IMG/VR virus record: IMGVR_UViG_2900577576_000002
Coordinates: 887 to 64,886 of that record
From: a virus
Lineage: Duplodnaviria > Caudoviricetes
Length of the DNA: 64,000 bases
Strand: one strand, 5' to 3'
The notes under the pieces were generated by a model, which was given only the letters and a program-made list of their open reading frames with translations, did no database searches and had not been told where the DNA came from. The position numbers and the translations under genes were made by a program. The stretch's first letter is position 1. Each line of letters begins with the position of its first letter. This document shows positions 9,120 to 18,514 of the stretch, in pieces.

Positions 9120-9632
9120 TCACTCCTGCGGCGAAACAGCGGCCTGCTGACGCACCCAATCCTGCAGGTCTTTCAGTTGCTGGGCGTTTGCGTGGAAGGC
9201 TTCAGCTTCCCGGTCGTGCTCGGCTTCAACATCAGAGAGGACAACTCCACTGGGGGCTTCATCAAGGAGGCCGGCGGTTGTGGGAACTTCGGCGCGATTG
9301 GCACTGTTCCACATGCCGACAAAGCGGCCAGGGATGCGACAAGCAGCGTCATCGTGAACAATGACTTCATGGGGAACCTCGCGGTCTCGGTAAATGATCC
9401 GGTCTCGGAAGACGGTCTGAATCTTGGTCTGGCTCTGCGCGGCCTGCTGGGCGACATTGGCCGTCACTTCGGCCTGTTTCGTCTCCACTTTTGCGACGGC
9501 CACAGCAGCCTTTGCGGCCTCGGCCTTCTCGATCTTGATGCGGTGCATGTCGCCGGAGCCGAAGCCCGCGCCGAACGCGAGAACCAGGCCGAGGATGGCG
9601 GCCAGCCAGAATCGTGGGTCAAGCATGCTCAT
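9120..9632 (-). CDS. Rz-like inner-membrane spanin
   Basis: N-terminal TM, Ala-rich coiled coil, downstream of endolysin, carries an embedded lipoprotein. Confidence 0.75.
   Translation of the reverse strand: MSMLDPRFWLAAILGLVLAFGAGFGSGDMHRIKIEKAEAAKAAVAVAKVETKQAEVTANVAQQAAQSQTKIQTVFRDRIIYRDREVPHEVIVHDDAACRIPGRFVGMWNSANRAEVPTTAGLLDEAPSGVVLSDVEAEHDREAEAFHANAQQLKDLQDWVRQQAAVSPQE
9173..9370 (-). CDS. Rz1-like outer-membrane lipoprotein spanin, embedded in Rz
   Basis: Signal peptide with LSAC lipobox; Pro-rich mature part; nested in a shifted frame. Confidence 0.75.
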   Translation of the reverse strand: MKSLFTMTLLVASLAALSACGTVPIAPKFPQPPASLMKPPVELSSLMLKPSTTGKLKPSTQTPSN

Positions 9633-9634
9633 GG

Positions 9635-9844
9635 TCAGCTCCCGAGTTTCTTGCTGGCGCCCACGGATGCGATCAACACGCCGACGCCGACGCCGTAGGC
9701 CTGAAGGTCAAACGTCTTGCCCGCGATCACCGCATAGATTTCCAGGCCGATGCCGACGACGAAGGCGGCGGCGCCGAGCGCGTACGCCGGCTCAAGAGTG
9801 ACGTTCGTGTCGTCGGTGACGATCTCCATCAGTTTTTTCAGCAT
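9635..9844 (-). CDS. Small two-TM membrane protein (holin-like)
   Basis: Two hydrophobic segments; lies in the lysis cassette. Confidence 0.6.
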   Translation of the reverse strand: MLKKLMEIVTDDTNVTLEPAYALGAAAFVVGIGLEIYAVIAGKTFDLQAYGVGVGVLIASVGASKKLGS

Positions 9845-9846
9845 GG

Positions 9847-10410
9847 TCAGTCCTTGTGGAAGCCTTTCAGCTCATCAGGCGAATAGACGAAGCCGGGCAT
9901 GCGCGGCCAGAGCTGGAACGACCAGATCGGCATCGATTCGGCGTGGATTCCGTGCTGCGGGCCACGGTGGAACTTTTTGTGCAGGATCAGCATGTTTGCC
10001 GGGCTATCGACGAACGTCTCGGGCTTGGCTGGATCGAATGCTTCCCAGTCAAAGCCACGGGCGCGCGTGACTTGGATCACGGCCCACAACAGCGATTGCT
10101 CGACCGGCCAAAACTCAGCGGTCGGCGTGTCGGTGCTCAGATCCAGCACAGGCAGGAACTTGCGCTTGCCGGCGGCCACTTCCTTGACCATCTTCCAGTC
10201 GACGGCGTTCATGAACGCTTCTTCGACAAAGACATGGTGGTACTCGACCTCTTCCGTCGCGCCCGAAATCGCGCAGGGCAGCTTCGCGGCATGGCCGGCG
10301 CGCTTTGTTGCCCGGAACGTCGCCGACTCGGTGCGCGGCGGATGCTCCGGGTAGAACACGTCTTCTTTCAAGGCGTGTGCGTATTCATGTTCTTTGTTGG
10401 GCGCGGTCAT
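9847..10410 (-). CDS. Putative HNH-like nuclease-fold protein
   Basis: CAISG..EYHH..NMLILHKKFH..GIH pattern. Confidence 0.5.
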   Translation of the reverse strand: MTAPNKEHEYAHALKEDVFYPEHPPRTESATFRATKRAGHAAKLPCAISGATEEVEYHHVFVEEAFMNAVDWKMVKEVAAGKRKFLPVLDLSTDTPTAEFWPVEQSLLWAVIQVTRARGFDWEAFDPAKPETFVDSPANMLILHKKFHRGPQHGIHAESMPIWSFQLWPRMPGFVYSPDELKGFHKD

Positions 10411-10466
10411 TGGTCGCTCAAATGAAAAGCCCCGCGCGCGGCGGGGCAGATATGGACGGCTTTGGA

Positions 10467-10910
10467 TCAGGAGAGGAACAGCTTGCGCTCGGCCTGGCGA
10501 CGCTTCGTCAGCCCCTTGAGAGGCTTGCCGCCGGCCTTGTCCCACAGTAGGAACTGGTTGGCCGCGCCGGCGTAATCGCCCGCGTTGAGCTTTCGCAGCA
10601 GCGTTGACGAACGGAGATTGCCGGCGCCCACGTTGAATACGAAGTCGGCCAGCGCATCAAACTGGTTCTGCGTCAGCACGACATGCACAAGGGAATTCAC
10701 GGACTGGGCCGCCCGCCCCAGATCTTCGACGATCCACGCATCGGCCTGCGCCTGCGTAACGGTCATGCCCGGCTTGACGTCCGGCCCCGTGTGCCCATAG
10801 CCACACGTCCACGGCGCGCCACCGGTACCGGGATCGGGGTACGAACTGAGCCTGCAGCCCTCAAACGACTTGGTGAACGCGACGCCATTCGGAGAGACTT
10901 GGCGGGTCAT
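10467..10910 (-). CDS. Endolysin, GH24 phage lysozyme
   Basis: FEGCRLSSYPDPG..WTCGYGHT; QFDALADFVFNVG; GLTKRRQAE. Confidence 0.95.
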   Translation of the reverse strand: MTRQVSPNGVAFTKSFEGCRLSSYPDPGTGGAPWTCGYGHTGPDVKPGMTVTQAQADAWIVEDLGRAAQSVNSLVHVVLTQNQFDALADFVFNVGAGNLRSSTLLRKLNAGDYAGAANQFLLWDKAGGKPLKGLTKRRQAERKLFLS

Positions 10911-11197
10911 TTGTCGGCCTTCTTGTCGAGCTTGCCGTCGATTTGCTCCAGCTTCGCAAATACGGCATCAATGGACCGGTTGAAGGCATCAATCGCCTTC
11001 TGAAGCGCGTCACTGGTGACGTATCGCTCGGCCACGTGCAAACGGTGCGCGTCGAAATCCTTGCGCTGCTCTTTGATGGCGTCGTCTTGATTCTTCAGCT
11101 TGTCATCCAACTGGGTGATGGACCGTTTCAGAAACCAGCCGAAGACCGCGAAAACGCCAGCTGCAGCAGCGCCAAAGGCGCCCGTCGTGAAATCCAT
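10907..11197 (-). CDS. Putative holin / TM plus coiled-coil protein
   Basis: N-terminal hydrophobic helix; ATGA-coupled to the endolysin. Confidence 0.55.
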   Translation of the reverse strand: MDFTTGAFGAAAAGVFAVFGWFLKRSITQLDDKLKNQDDAIKEQRKDFDAHRLHVAERYVTSDALQKAIDAFNRSIDAVFAKLEQIDGKLDKKADK

Positions 11198-11268
11198 GGA
11201 GATGCCCCCGGAAAAAGAAAACCGCCCGGAGGCGGCTGGATTGTCTTCTTGAAATCTGAAAACCTTGT

Positions 11269-11282
11269 GATAACATGTTATC
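11269..11282. promoter_or_regulatory. Perfect palindrome GATAACATGTTATC (putative operator) over the -10 of a plus-strand promoter
   Basis: TTGAAA-16-TAACAT with extended TG; same motif recurs across the prophage. Confidence 0.7.
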
Positions 11283-11306
11283 TCATTAGTCACCAATGAG
11301 AACGAC

Positions 11307-12167
11307 ATGAAAACCACTCGAAATTTTGTGTTTGCGGCTGTTTGCGCGGCGCTTTCTGCTTGCGGCGGCGGTGAAGATCAAAGCCAAGCAACGCAAAGCC
11401 AACCCGCGCCGCCGGCGCCTGTGGCAACGCCAGCGCCCATCAGCGCGACCTCACCGGTTGCTGCGCCACCTGCGCAGCCGACTCCCGCCCCTGCACCGAG
11501 CCCTGCGCCACAGCCTGCGCCGACCCCACAGCCAGCGCCAAAACCGCAGAAGGCGGTTCTGATTGATGTCTACGGTGATGATGCCATGTCCGGCATGACG
11601 TCAATGATGGGTCGCGCCCAGCAAAACGAGACGGATCAATCCCAATCGCTGCTGCAAGCAACGCTGAACGACACTGCCGTCACCATCGCCAATTACGCCA
11701 CTGGCGGCGGCTCCAGCAGCCTCAAGAACGAAATGCTCGGCATGGACGGCAACGGCGCACCGTTTGCAGATCGAATCAAGACGTCTGCGGCGAGCATCGT
11801 GATCGACAACCATGCGATCAACGACGCGCTCGGCGGCGAGACGCTGGTCGACTATCGGCAATACCTCGCGCAGTGGATCGCCGCAATTAGAGCGGCTGGC
11901 AAAACGCCAGTGCTTGAAGAACCCGGCCCGGTTTGCGACGGCGACCATCCGCAGCTTGCGGCCTACGTGGACGCCATGAACGACGCCGCAGCGCAGTTCA
12001 ACGTGCCGATCGTCAAGCAATTCGACTACATCCAGACGCTGCCGAATTGGCAGTCACACATGAAAGGCTGCTTCTATCCGGATGAGTGGATGTTGCAGAT
12101 CAAGGGAAAGCGGCAAGCGGATCTTTTGGCGCCACTTATTCAATTTTTTGTTGAGGTCCAATCATGA
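11307..12167 (+). CDS. Lipoprotein with Pro-rich linker and SGNH/GDSL-like domain (moron)
   Basis: LSAC lipobox; VYGDD block-I-like and NHAIND block-III-like motifs; opposite strand to late genes. Confidence 0.75.
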   Translation: MKTTRNFVFAAVCAALSACGGGEDQSQATQSQPAPPAPVATPAPISATSPVAAPPAQPTPAPAPSPAPQPAPTPQPAPKPQKAVLIDVYGDDAMSGMTSMMGRAQQNETDQSQSLLQATLNDTAVTIANYATGGGSSSLKNEMLGMDGNGAPFADRIKTSAASIVIDNHAINDALGGETLVDYRQYLAQWIAAIRAAGKTPVLEEPGPVCDGDHPQLAAYVDAMNDAAAQFNVPIVKQFDYIQTLPNWQSHMKGCFYPDEWMLQIKGKRQADLLAPLIQFFVEVQS

Positions 12168-12868
12168 AAATTTCTGTCAAATTCTGGAAGGCTGCGGCGC
12201 TGACGGTATTGATCGGCTGCGCAACTGCTGCGCACGCCGAGACACCGATCCACCTTGAGGCTGGCGTCGGCGGCTCGGCATACAGCCGAGGGCAAGATGG
12301 GTACTGGGTGCAGGAGCACTTCCAGCACAAGCTGCAACTTACGGCGCCCGCCTTTGAAGCCGGGATTACCGGTGATTTGTATCGCGCCTCGCGCTGGGGG
12401 GTCTCGTGGCACGCCGACTGGGCGTGGCTTGGGCAGATTCACACGCAGAGCTTGGCAACGCCCAGTGACGATAACTACAACCCCCGCTCGGCGACTGGTT
12501 GCAATGGAGAGTGCTGGCCGCTCGCAAATTTCCGTGGCACTGGGCACGCTCAGGCGTTTCTGATTACTCTTGAGCCGCACTACGATGTCGGAAAGTGGCG
12601 ATTCGGCATTGAGGCTGGCCCCACGCTGCACCGCGCAACGTGGGTTGAGGATGTTGGCAACTGGCATGCGACGCCCACGGCGTCACCGATCAATCTGCGC
12701 GTCGCCAGCACTGATGGATGGCGAGGTGGCATAGTTGTCGGTGCATCTGTCTCGTACGGCAACGTCTCGCTCGTCTATCAGCACTTCTTCCTCAAACCGT
12801 CCAGCAGCAACATGGCACCCTCGATTTGGCATTCCGTGGATCTGGTACTGGTACGTTATCGCTTCTGA
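12164..12868 (+). CDS. Predicted outer-membrane beta-barrel protein (moron)
   Basis: Signal peptide AHA; alternating beta pattern; C-terminal VRYRF. Confidence 0.65.
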   Translation: MKISVKFWKAAALTVLIGCATAAHAETPIHLEAGVGGSAYSRGQDGYWVQEHFQHKLQLTAPAFEAGITGDLYRASRWGVSWHADWAWLGQIHTQSLATPSDDNYNPRSATGCNGECWPLANFRGTGHAQAFLITLEPHYDVGKWRFGIEAGPTLHRATWVEDVGNWHATPTASPINLRVASTDGWRGGIVVGASVSYGNVSLVYQHFFLKPSSSNMAPSIWHSVDLVLVRYRF

Positions 12869-13088
12869 GGCGAAAGGCAATCATGGCGCCGCAAAGAAGT
12901 CTAGAGAGTAATAGTGATTCTCTGCCCGCTACCCAGGCGGGCAGGCTGGTTCCGCTTTCTCTCCTGCGGGAACATGTTGGTTCAGACCTCAGGCTCCCAG
13001 AAATGAAAATGCCCGCTCGCGGCGGGATGCTATTGACTTAAATTGCCCGTAGTCGGTGCGATAGAATGCGGCCGCCAACGGAGCCAAA

Positions 13089-14246
13089 ATGAAACGCTAT
13101 TTCGCCGAACACACCTCGTACCTTACGACCCCGGGAGAAATGGGCGGCGTTGATGCACTTCGAGCGATTGCCGTGTGCTCGGTAGTATTTTTCCATTTCG
13201 GGATGCTCAATCCCGGCTGGCTAGGTGTAGATCTCTTCTTTGTGCTTTCGGGCTTCCTCATCGGCGGGGCGATTATCGACAAGGTCGAGCGTGGCGCATG
13301 GTCATACCGAAAATTCTACGGCCACCGCGCGCTTCGCATCCTGCCCCTCTATTACACCGTAATTGCGCTCAAATCGGTGATGATTGGCTTGCCTATCAGC
13401 GGGCTATCGTGGAAGTCGGTCGGCAGTATCGCAGCGGCCCTGACCTTCATGCAGACCTCTTCAATCTGGTACTTCGATTGGGTTGGTGACGGAAACTTCG
13501 TGCCAGGTGGCACTTGGAGCCTTGTGATTGAGGAATATTTCTATCTGCTCTGCCCAATCTTCATCGCGACCGTCTGGAGCCTGTTTCACAGCCGCAAGGC
13601 GCTCTTGATCTCGCTGCTGATCGTTTGTGTGAGCGCGCCAGTTGTGCGTTACGTTGCAAACTACCACTATGCGCCAGATGATCTGTACTGGTACTTCTCA
13701 AGTTGGCTCCAATTCCGTTCTCGCTATGACACGCTCGCATGGGGCGTCTTGACGGCGCTCGTTGTGAGGATGGTCAAGCTAGATTCACGACAGCGCATGG
13801 TGGCCTTTTCGATTGGCTTTGCGATTCTCGCTGCGTCGATAACCTATCTTGTGAACTCGCGCATGTGGGGCCATTCTGCACAGACGACACGGTTTGCCGC
13901 GTTGTGGTTTCCGGCAATGCTCGGAGTCTGTTTCGCGGCGATCCTCGCGGCTGTCTATCGGATGAATTGCCGGTCGTTGCCGGTCATCATCATCGCACGG
14001 CTGTCATTCTCTCTCTACCTTGTGCATATCTTCGTGCAGGAGGTGTATTGGGCCTATCGCGACGCTCCATTGCTGGCGTGGATTAAGGGCATGCCACTTC
14101 CAGGAATGGCGGTCATGCTCATACCCTTTTCCTCCGTCTTGGCGTGGCTACTGTCATTCCTTGTCGAATACCCGTTCGTTAGAACGTACAGGAAGCCGTT
14201 ACTGAAGAACAAGGAGGCCGTTGGGAAGTCGGCGCAGATCGCGTGA
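13089..14246 (+). CDS. Acyltransferase family 3 (OafA/YrhL-like), stand-alone membrane domain
   Basis: DALRAIA, GVDLFFVLSGFLI, R..RILPLY, WSLVIEEYFY, SFSLYLVH. Confidence 0.92.
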   Translation: MKRYFAEHTSYLTTPGEMGGVDALRAIAVCSVVFFHFGMLNPGWLGVDLFFVLSGFLIGGAIIDKVERGAWSYRKFYGHRALRILPLYYTVIALKSVMIGLPISGLSWKSVGSIAAALTFMQTSSIWYFDWVGDGNFVPGGTWSLVIEEYFYLLCPIFIATVWSLFHSRKALLISLLIVCVSAPVVRYVANYHYAPDDLYWYFSSWLQFRSRYDTLAWGVLTALVVRMVKLDSRQRMVAFSIGFAILAASITYLVNSRMWGHSAQTTRFAALWFPAMLGVCFAAILAAVYRMNCRSLPVIIIARLSFSLYLVHIFVQEVYWAYRDAPLLAWIKGMPLPGMAVMLIPFSSVLAWLLSFLVEYPFVRTYRKPLLKNKEAVGKSAQIA

Positions 14247-14443
14247 ATGCATGATCAGTATGAAGGAGGCGTCATCGTTTCCTGACCAGATTGGGCCAAT
14301 GAATTGAAATATGCTGCGTAGCGCGCGTCACTGAGCAGCACCTCCCCCTGATTTGGCCATATTGAGGGGTCTTGTGGGCAAGAGAAAATTGAGGCTATCT
14401 TTGTCTCGGTCGCATCTGAAAATTGCACAAACATCTTTTACCC

Positions 14444-16189
14444 TTATATCTCGTAGGAGCTGATCGAAATGATGAAGGTTGGCGTGCCTGCAGTGTTGGT
14501 CGCCTTGTAGTACAGGTTTTGAGAATTTGAAATGCCAACCTTTTGAAACGGTACGGTGTATGCCTGTGCACCACTGGTTCCGAAAGATGAGATCGCTGTA
14601 CCACTTCCTGACGCATCCGCCCCCACCGAGAGGGCGATTGTTGTCGTAGTCGATCCAGAGCATTGAAGCGACCCCGAGATCGAAATTGCGTTTGCGGGAA
14701 CGATCCCGGAAATCGATAGCGCCGTAAAGCTGGCCTGCGTTGTCGAGGAATTGAGGGCGGTAAGGCTCGCGATATAGCAAGTCCGGTCCCGCTGCGTGCC
14801 GGTTACAAACTGACCACTACCATTCGTCGGCCACACCCCCACGAGCGCGCTCGCTGTATATCCAGCAGGCATGTTGGCGCCGCCGTACACGTTCGGTGCG
14901 GCCGCACTGGTGGCGTTGACGGCGAGCAACGCCGCGGTCGAGGTCGCCGGGTTGTAGATGGCGTAGAGCGCCACATAACCGCTCACCGGCGCCGTACCGG
15001 TGTCCATACCCCCGGCGCCAGTCGTCGCCAAATTGACGGCCTTGTTGAAGTTCGCAATGCAATACCGCAGACCGCCAAGCGCAGACTCAACGATGATTTC
15101 GTCGGCCGTCATCGTGGCCGATGCCGAGGCAGTCGGCACCGACATCTTTAAGTTCCGAGTCGAACCGACAACGCCAGCCACTTGCCCGAACTGCACGGCG
15201 TGCTGACTGGCTGTAGCCTGGGCGACTTGCAGGGCTCCGCCAGTGCATCCCTCAAGAATGTACGCACCACCACTGACCGTGCTGTTCCAAACAACGAACG
15301 CATCGCCGTTCGCAGCGTACTCGCCACCTTGAAGCGCGGCGTGATTCCCGCCCAGCACTTGGACCGCGCCAAGGCCATCGTTCAATGTAACGGCGCCCGT
15401 GTTGGCTGCCGGGGCCTTGTAGCGGATCTGCATGCCATCGACGCGCGCCTGAAGCGCTGGCGTCAGAGCAATGGTGTGCGCGTTGGCCGTGCCGGTGGCG
15501 ACCGCATACGACAGATTGCCGTTCTGGATCGACGCGAGCAGCGACGACGGCAGGATCGGGGCTCCAGCGTACTGAGTGATGTTGCCGGCGGTGATCGTGC
15601 TCTGGCCGTTGGCAACCGTCACAACCCACAGGCCGGTATAGCCTGCATCCGGCGTCGGCGTGATTTGAGACCCGGTCGTCGCAGCAGCACCAGCCTTTGC
15701 CACCAGAGCAACGGTGCCCTTACGTGTCGTAGCTTGTGGCGTGCCGCTGTTATTCGGGCCCGACCAAGCGGAGGTGGGATTCGACGCGTTGTAGTAAGGC
15801 AGCGTCGTCAGGTCGGTATCCGTTTCCTGATAAATCGCTTCGATCAGGTAGTTGATGCTCTGACCGGCGGTGCCCGGTGCGGGGCACGAAAGGTTGACGG
15901 CATCTAGCAGAATGCCGCTCTTCAGGATCTGGTGCGTCGTGTCTGCGGCGACCGAGCTATAAGCCGTCGCGTCCATGCTGACGAGGCTATAGATTTCGCC
16001 AGGGTTCACGTTCACCGTGAGGCCCGCAGGAGACGTGGGCACGCAGGCCAAGCCGTTCACGACCGTCGCGGAAGTGCCTAGCACTGCGGCGGCCAGCTTC
16101 GCGATGCCGGTCATCGCAAACTTGTTCGAGCGCAGAACGTCCGTCTCAAGGGGGATCTGGCCAGCCCAGACGATTACGCGGTCAGTCAT
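14444..16189 (-). CDS. Tail fibre protein
   Basis: Ala/Thr/Gly-rich, follows the baseplate genes, ATASQHAV fibre junction motif. Confidence 0.85.
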   Translation of the reverse strand: MTDRVIVWAGQIPLETDVLRSNKFAMTGIAKLAAAVLGTSATVVNGLACVPTSPAGLTVNVNPGEIYSLVSMDATAYSSVAADTTHQILKSGILLDAVNLSCPAPGTAGQSINYLIEAIYQETDTDLTTLPYYNASNPTSAWSGPNNSGTPQATTRKGTVALVAKAGAAATTGSQITPTPDAGYTGLWVVTVANGQSTITAGNITQYAGAPILPSSLLASIQNGNLSYAVATGTANAHTIALTPALQARVDGMQIRYKAPAANTGAVTLNDGLGAVQVLGGNHAALQGGEYAANGDAFVVWNSTVSGGAYILEGCTGGALQVAQATASQHAVQFGQVAGVVGSTRNLKMSVPTASASATMTADEIIVESALGGLRYCIANFNKAVNLATTGAGGMDTGTAPVSGYVALYAIYNPATSTAALLAVNATSAAAPNVYGGANMPAGYTASALVGVWPTNGSGQFVTGTQRDRTCYIASLTALNSSTTQASFTALSISGIVPANAISISGSLQCSGSTTTTIALSVGADASGSGTAISSFGTSGAQAYTVPFQKVGISNSQNLYYKATNTAGTPTFIISISSYEI

Positions 16190-16247
16190 GTGTGAGCCTC
16201 AAAAGAAAAAGGCACCCGAAGGTGCCTTTGTGCGAAGTGGTGTTTGG

Positions 16248-16922
16248 TTACGACTGGATGTTTGTCCAGACAATGGTTGCGGCGGGGCGCACGCTATCAA
16301 TGGCCGCGAAGATGTCTGCGTCGGTGACGGCCTGCTGAATCATGGAAAGAGAAGCCCATTCAGCCTGTGACGCTTGGCTGTAGCCGCCCGTCGATATGCC
16401 GTAGCCGGCCACCGAAGGGATGCCACTGCCCAGCGGTCGATATGCGATGACGAAAGCCTGATACGGCATCTGCATGGAGCCATACGCCCCGGCCACGCCG
16501 TATCCGATCAGCGGACCGCCATATGAACCGGTATCTGCCGGTCGTTTCGGCTCGACGATCTTTGGCGTCCGGCCCGTCAGGTCTTGCAGAACCTTGACGA
16601 TTGCATGGCGTGTCGCGCGCTCGCGGAACAAGTTGGCGATGATCGTCGCGCGAAACGAAGCATCGGTTTGATTCGCCTTGCGCTGGATCGACGTGCCAAA
16701 GAAATCGGCCGCAATCATGTCCAGCCAGCCATCCGACGCGGTCAGTATTCGCGTTTGCAGCTTGGCGTAGGCGTACAGCGAATAGACGAAGCTGAGCGCG
16801 GTCGTGATGCCTGCCAGCAGCGAGTCAACCACTGGCACGGAATCGGACGTCGCGCCGAACCAGCGAGACGGAAGCGCCGACTTCAGCCGTGCAAACACGT
16901 CGTTAGAATCACCCGTCGACAT
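16248..16922 (-). CDS. Baseplate wedge protein (gpI/DUF2313-like)
   Basis: Position after baseplate J; WLDMIAADFFG..D..FRATI. Confidence 0.75.
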   Translation of the reverse strand: MSTGDSNDVFARLKSALPSRWFGATSDSVPVVDSLLAGITTALSFVYSLYAYAKLQTRILTASDGWLDMIAADFFGTSIQRKANQTDASFRATIIANLFRERATRHAIVKVLQDLTGRTPKIVEPKRPADTGSYGGPLIGYGVAGAYGSMQMPYQAFVIAYRPLGSGIPSVAGYGISTGGYSQASQAEWASLSMIQQAVTDADIFAAIDSVRPAATIVWTNIQS

Positions 16923-18055
16923 TAGCTCACCACCACGGACCCGGAAGTCGTTTTGATCACCTGAAGACTTGTTGCGGCGACATCCGACGTGCCGCCGTTC
17001 AGCGTTACGCCGGTCACGTTCGTCACGGCAGGAGAAGCGTCGTAAGCGATTTGAGCAAGACGGCTATAGGCCAACGCCGTGCCTAGCGGAAGGGTGTTGA
17101 TGTAAGCGAGTAGAGCCGCCTGGACCGTCGAAACCACCGCAGAGTGCGTGTATCCGGTTGCGGTTGTGATGGTCATGGCGACCGTCACGCTCACAACAAC
17201 CGGCGCGTGCACATCGAATGTGCTGGTGAATGGCCGGACCGCATCGATCGCATTGCTCACGCTGTTTAGCAGCGCTGAAGGCGGCGAGCCCGATCCATCG
17301 TCCACCACAACGAAGAAATTGCCCATCTGCGTCGCGCCAGCATACGTCTGGTTCTCCGTCAGGGTGTACTGCAGGCCTTGCTGAACAGCCAGAATGGCTG
17401 CCCCAATCGCCGCCTTTGTCGCCCGCGAAAGCGAGTTGATGTAGGCAACGAAACGCGCCCGGAATGCCGTGTCGGTTTCCGTATCGATCGCATTCGTGAA
17501 CGCCGCGCCGTTTGTCACCGTGTCGACGTACTGCACCGCCTGCGTGAGCGTGGTGATGGTGTTCGCCAGCACGTTGGTGATGGTTCCGGTGTTCACCGCC
17601 TGAACCGTCGCAACCGCGCTTGTGATGCCCGCCGCAATCACATAGCCGCCCAGCGATGCGCTGTATGCCGATTGCGAGGTATCAGCGACAACCGTGAATT
17701 GCTGCGTCCCGTCGGCGGTCTGGATGACAGTGCCAACAGGAACGACGGCCTGATAGGTCGGCGTGAAGCGCGAGAACGTGACTTGACCGGTCGAAGACGT
17801 CGCCGCAAGACGCGTCAGACCGTAGTCGAGCATCCAGCTGTCAAGATCGGCATTGCTCGACGTCGCCGCTCGAGTCGTTTGCAGCAGCAGGAGAATCAGG
17901 CCTTCCAGCCACACAACGACCTGCGCCGTCGCTTCAACGATGGCGCGCGTGACCGAGCCGACCGTGAAGTCGACCAAGACCTTCGCTTTGGCTTGGATGG
18001 CCGAAGCCATGTTCCCGATGACTGTTGGCAGGTCTTGGCTTGTGACTTGAGGCAT
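16922..18055 (-). CDS. Baseplate J-like protein
   Basis: DLDSWMLDYGLTRLAAT; D.ETDTAFRARF motifs. Confidence 0.9.
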   Translation of the reverse strand: MPQVTSQDLPTVIGNMASAIQAKAKVLVDFTVGSVTRAIVEATAQVVVWLEGLILLLLQTTRAATSSNADLDSWMLDYGLTRLAATSSTGQVTFSRFTPTYQAVVPVGTVIQTADGTQQFTVVADTSQSAYSASLGGYVIAAGITSAVATVQAVNTGTITNVLANTITTLTQAVQYVDTVTNGAAFTNAIDTETDTAFRARFVAYINSLSRATKAAIGAAILAVQQGLQYTLTENQTYAGATQMGNFFVVVDDGSGSPPSALLNSVSNAIDAVRPFTSTFDVHAPVVVSVTVAMTITTATGYTHSAVVSTVQAALLAYINTLPLGTALAYSRLAQIAYDASPAVTNVTGVTLNGGTSDVAATSLQVIKTTSGSVVVS

Positions 18056-18112
18056 GGCGTCCAGGCAACAAAAAAGCCGCCCGGAGGCGGCCTGTTATGG
18101 AGTGGCGAAAGG

Positions 18113-18514
18113 TCAGGAATTGACGTTGAAAGAAAGCGTTGCAGGCGCTCCAGTGCCGGCGATCGTGTAGCGGATGTAGGCCGAGATCGTTGACGGATCG
18201 GGCCGCGTCACGGTGATCTGCGGCTCGGGGTTGCGCGCCACTGAGTCCTCCATCAGCATCTGCCCGCGGATCAGCGCGCGCAGCTTGGCCGTGTCTACGG
18301 CCTGGCCGACGTATCGGGACAAGCCCGCGCCGTAGGACGGATGTAGCGCATAGTCAGGCGGCCCGTTCGCGTCCAGAGGGTTCGTTAGCAGCCGGCGGAT
18401 GACGCGCTGCTGGCTGCGGGTGGCCGAGTTCACTGCACTAAGATCGCCGGTCGGGCTTGTGAGCACGTCCTGCCCCCAGAGGTGATTCAAATCGGCGAGA
18501 AGTTGCGTCGTCAT
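18113..18514 (-). CDS. Baseplate wedge gp25/W-like protein
   Basis: QRVIRRLLTNP..HPSYGAGL. Confidence 0.75.
   Translation of the reverse strand: MTTQLLADLNHLWGQDVLTSPTGDLSAVNSATRSQQRVIRRLLTNPLDANGPPDYALHPSYGAGLSRYVGQAVDTAKLRALIRGQMLMEDSVARNPEPQITVTRPDPSTISAYIRYTIAGTGAPATLSFNVNS

Noticed and set aside
14328-14780. 150 aa minus-strand ORF
   Set aside because: Alternative frame over the tail fibre 3' end; no RBS or motif
14444-16189. Tail fibre as DGR target
   Set aside because: Its 3' end has no similarity to TR
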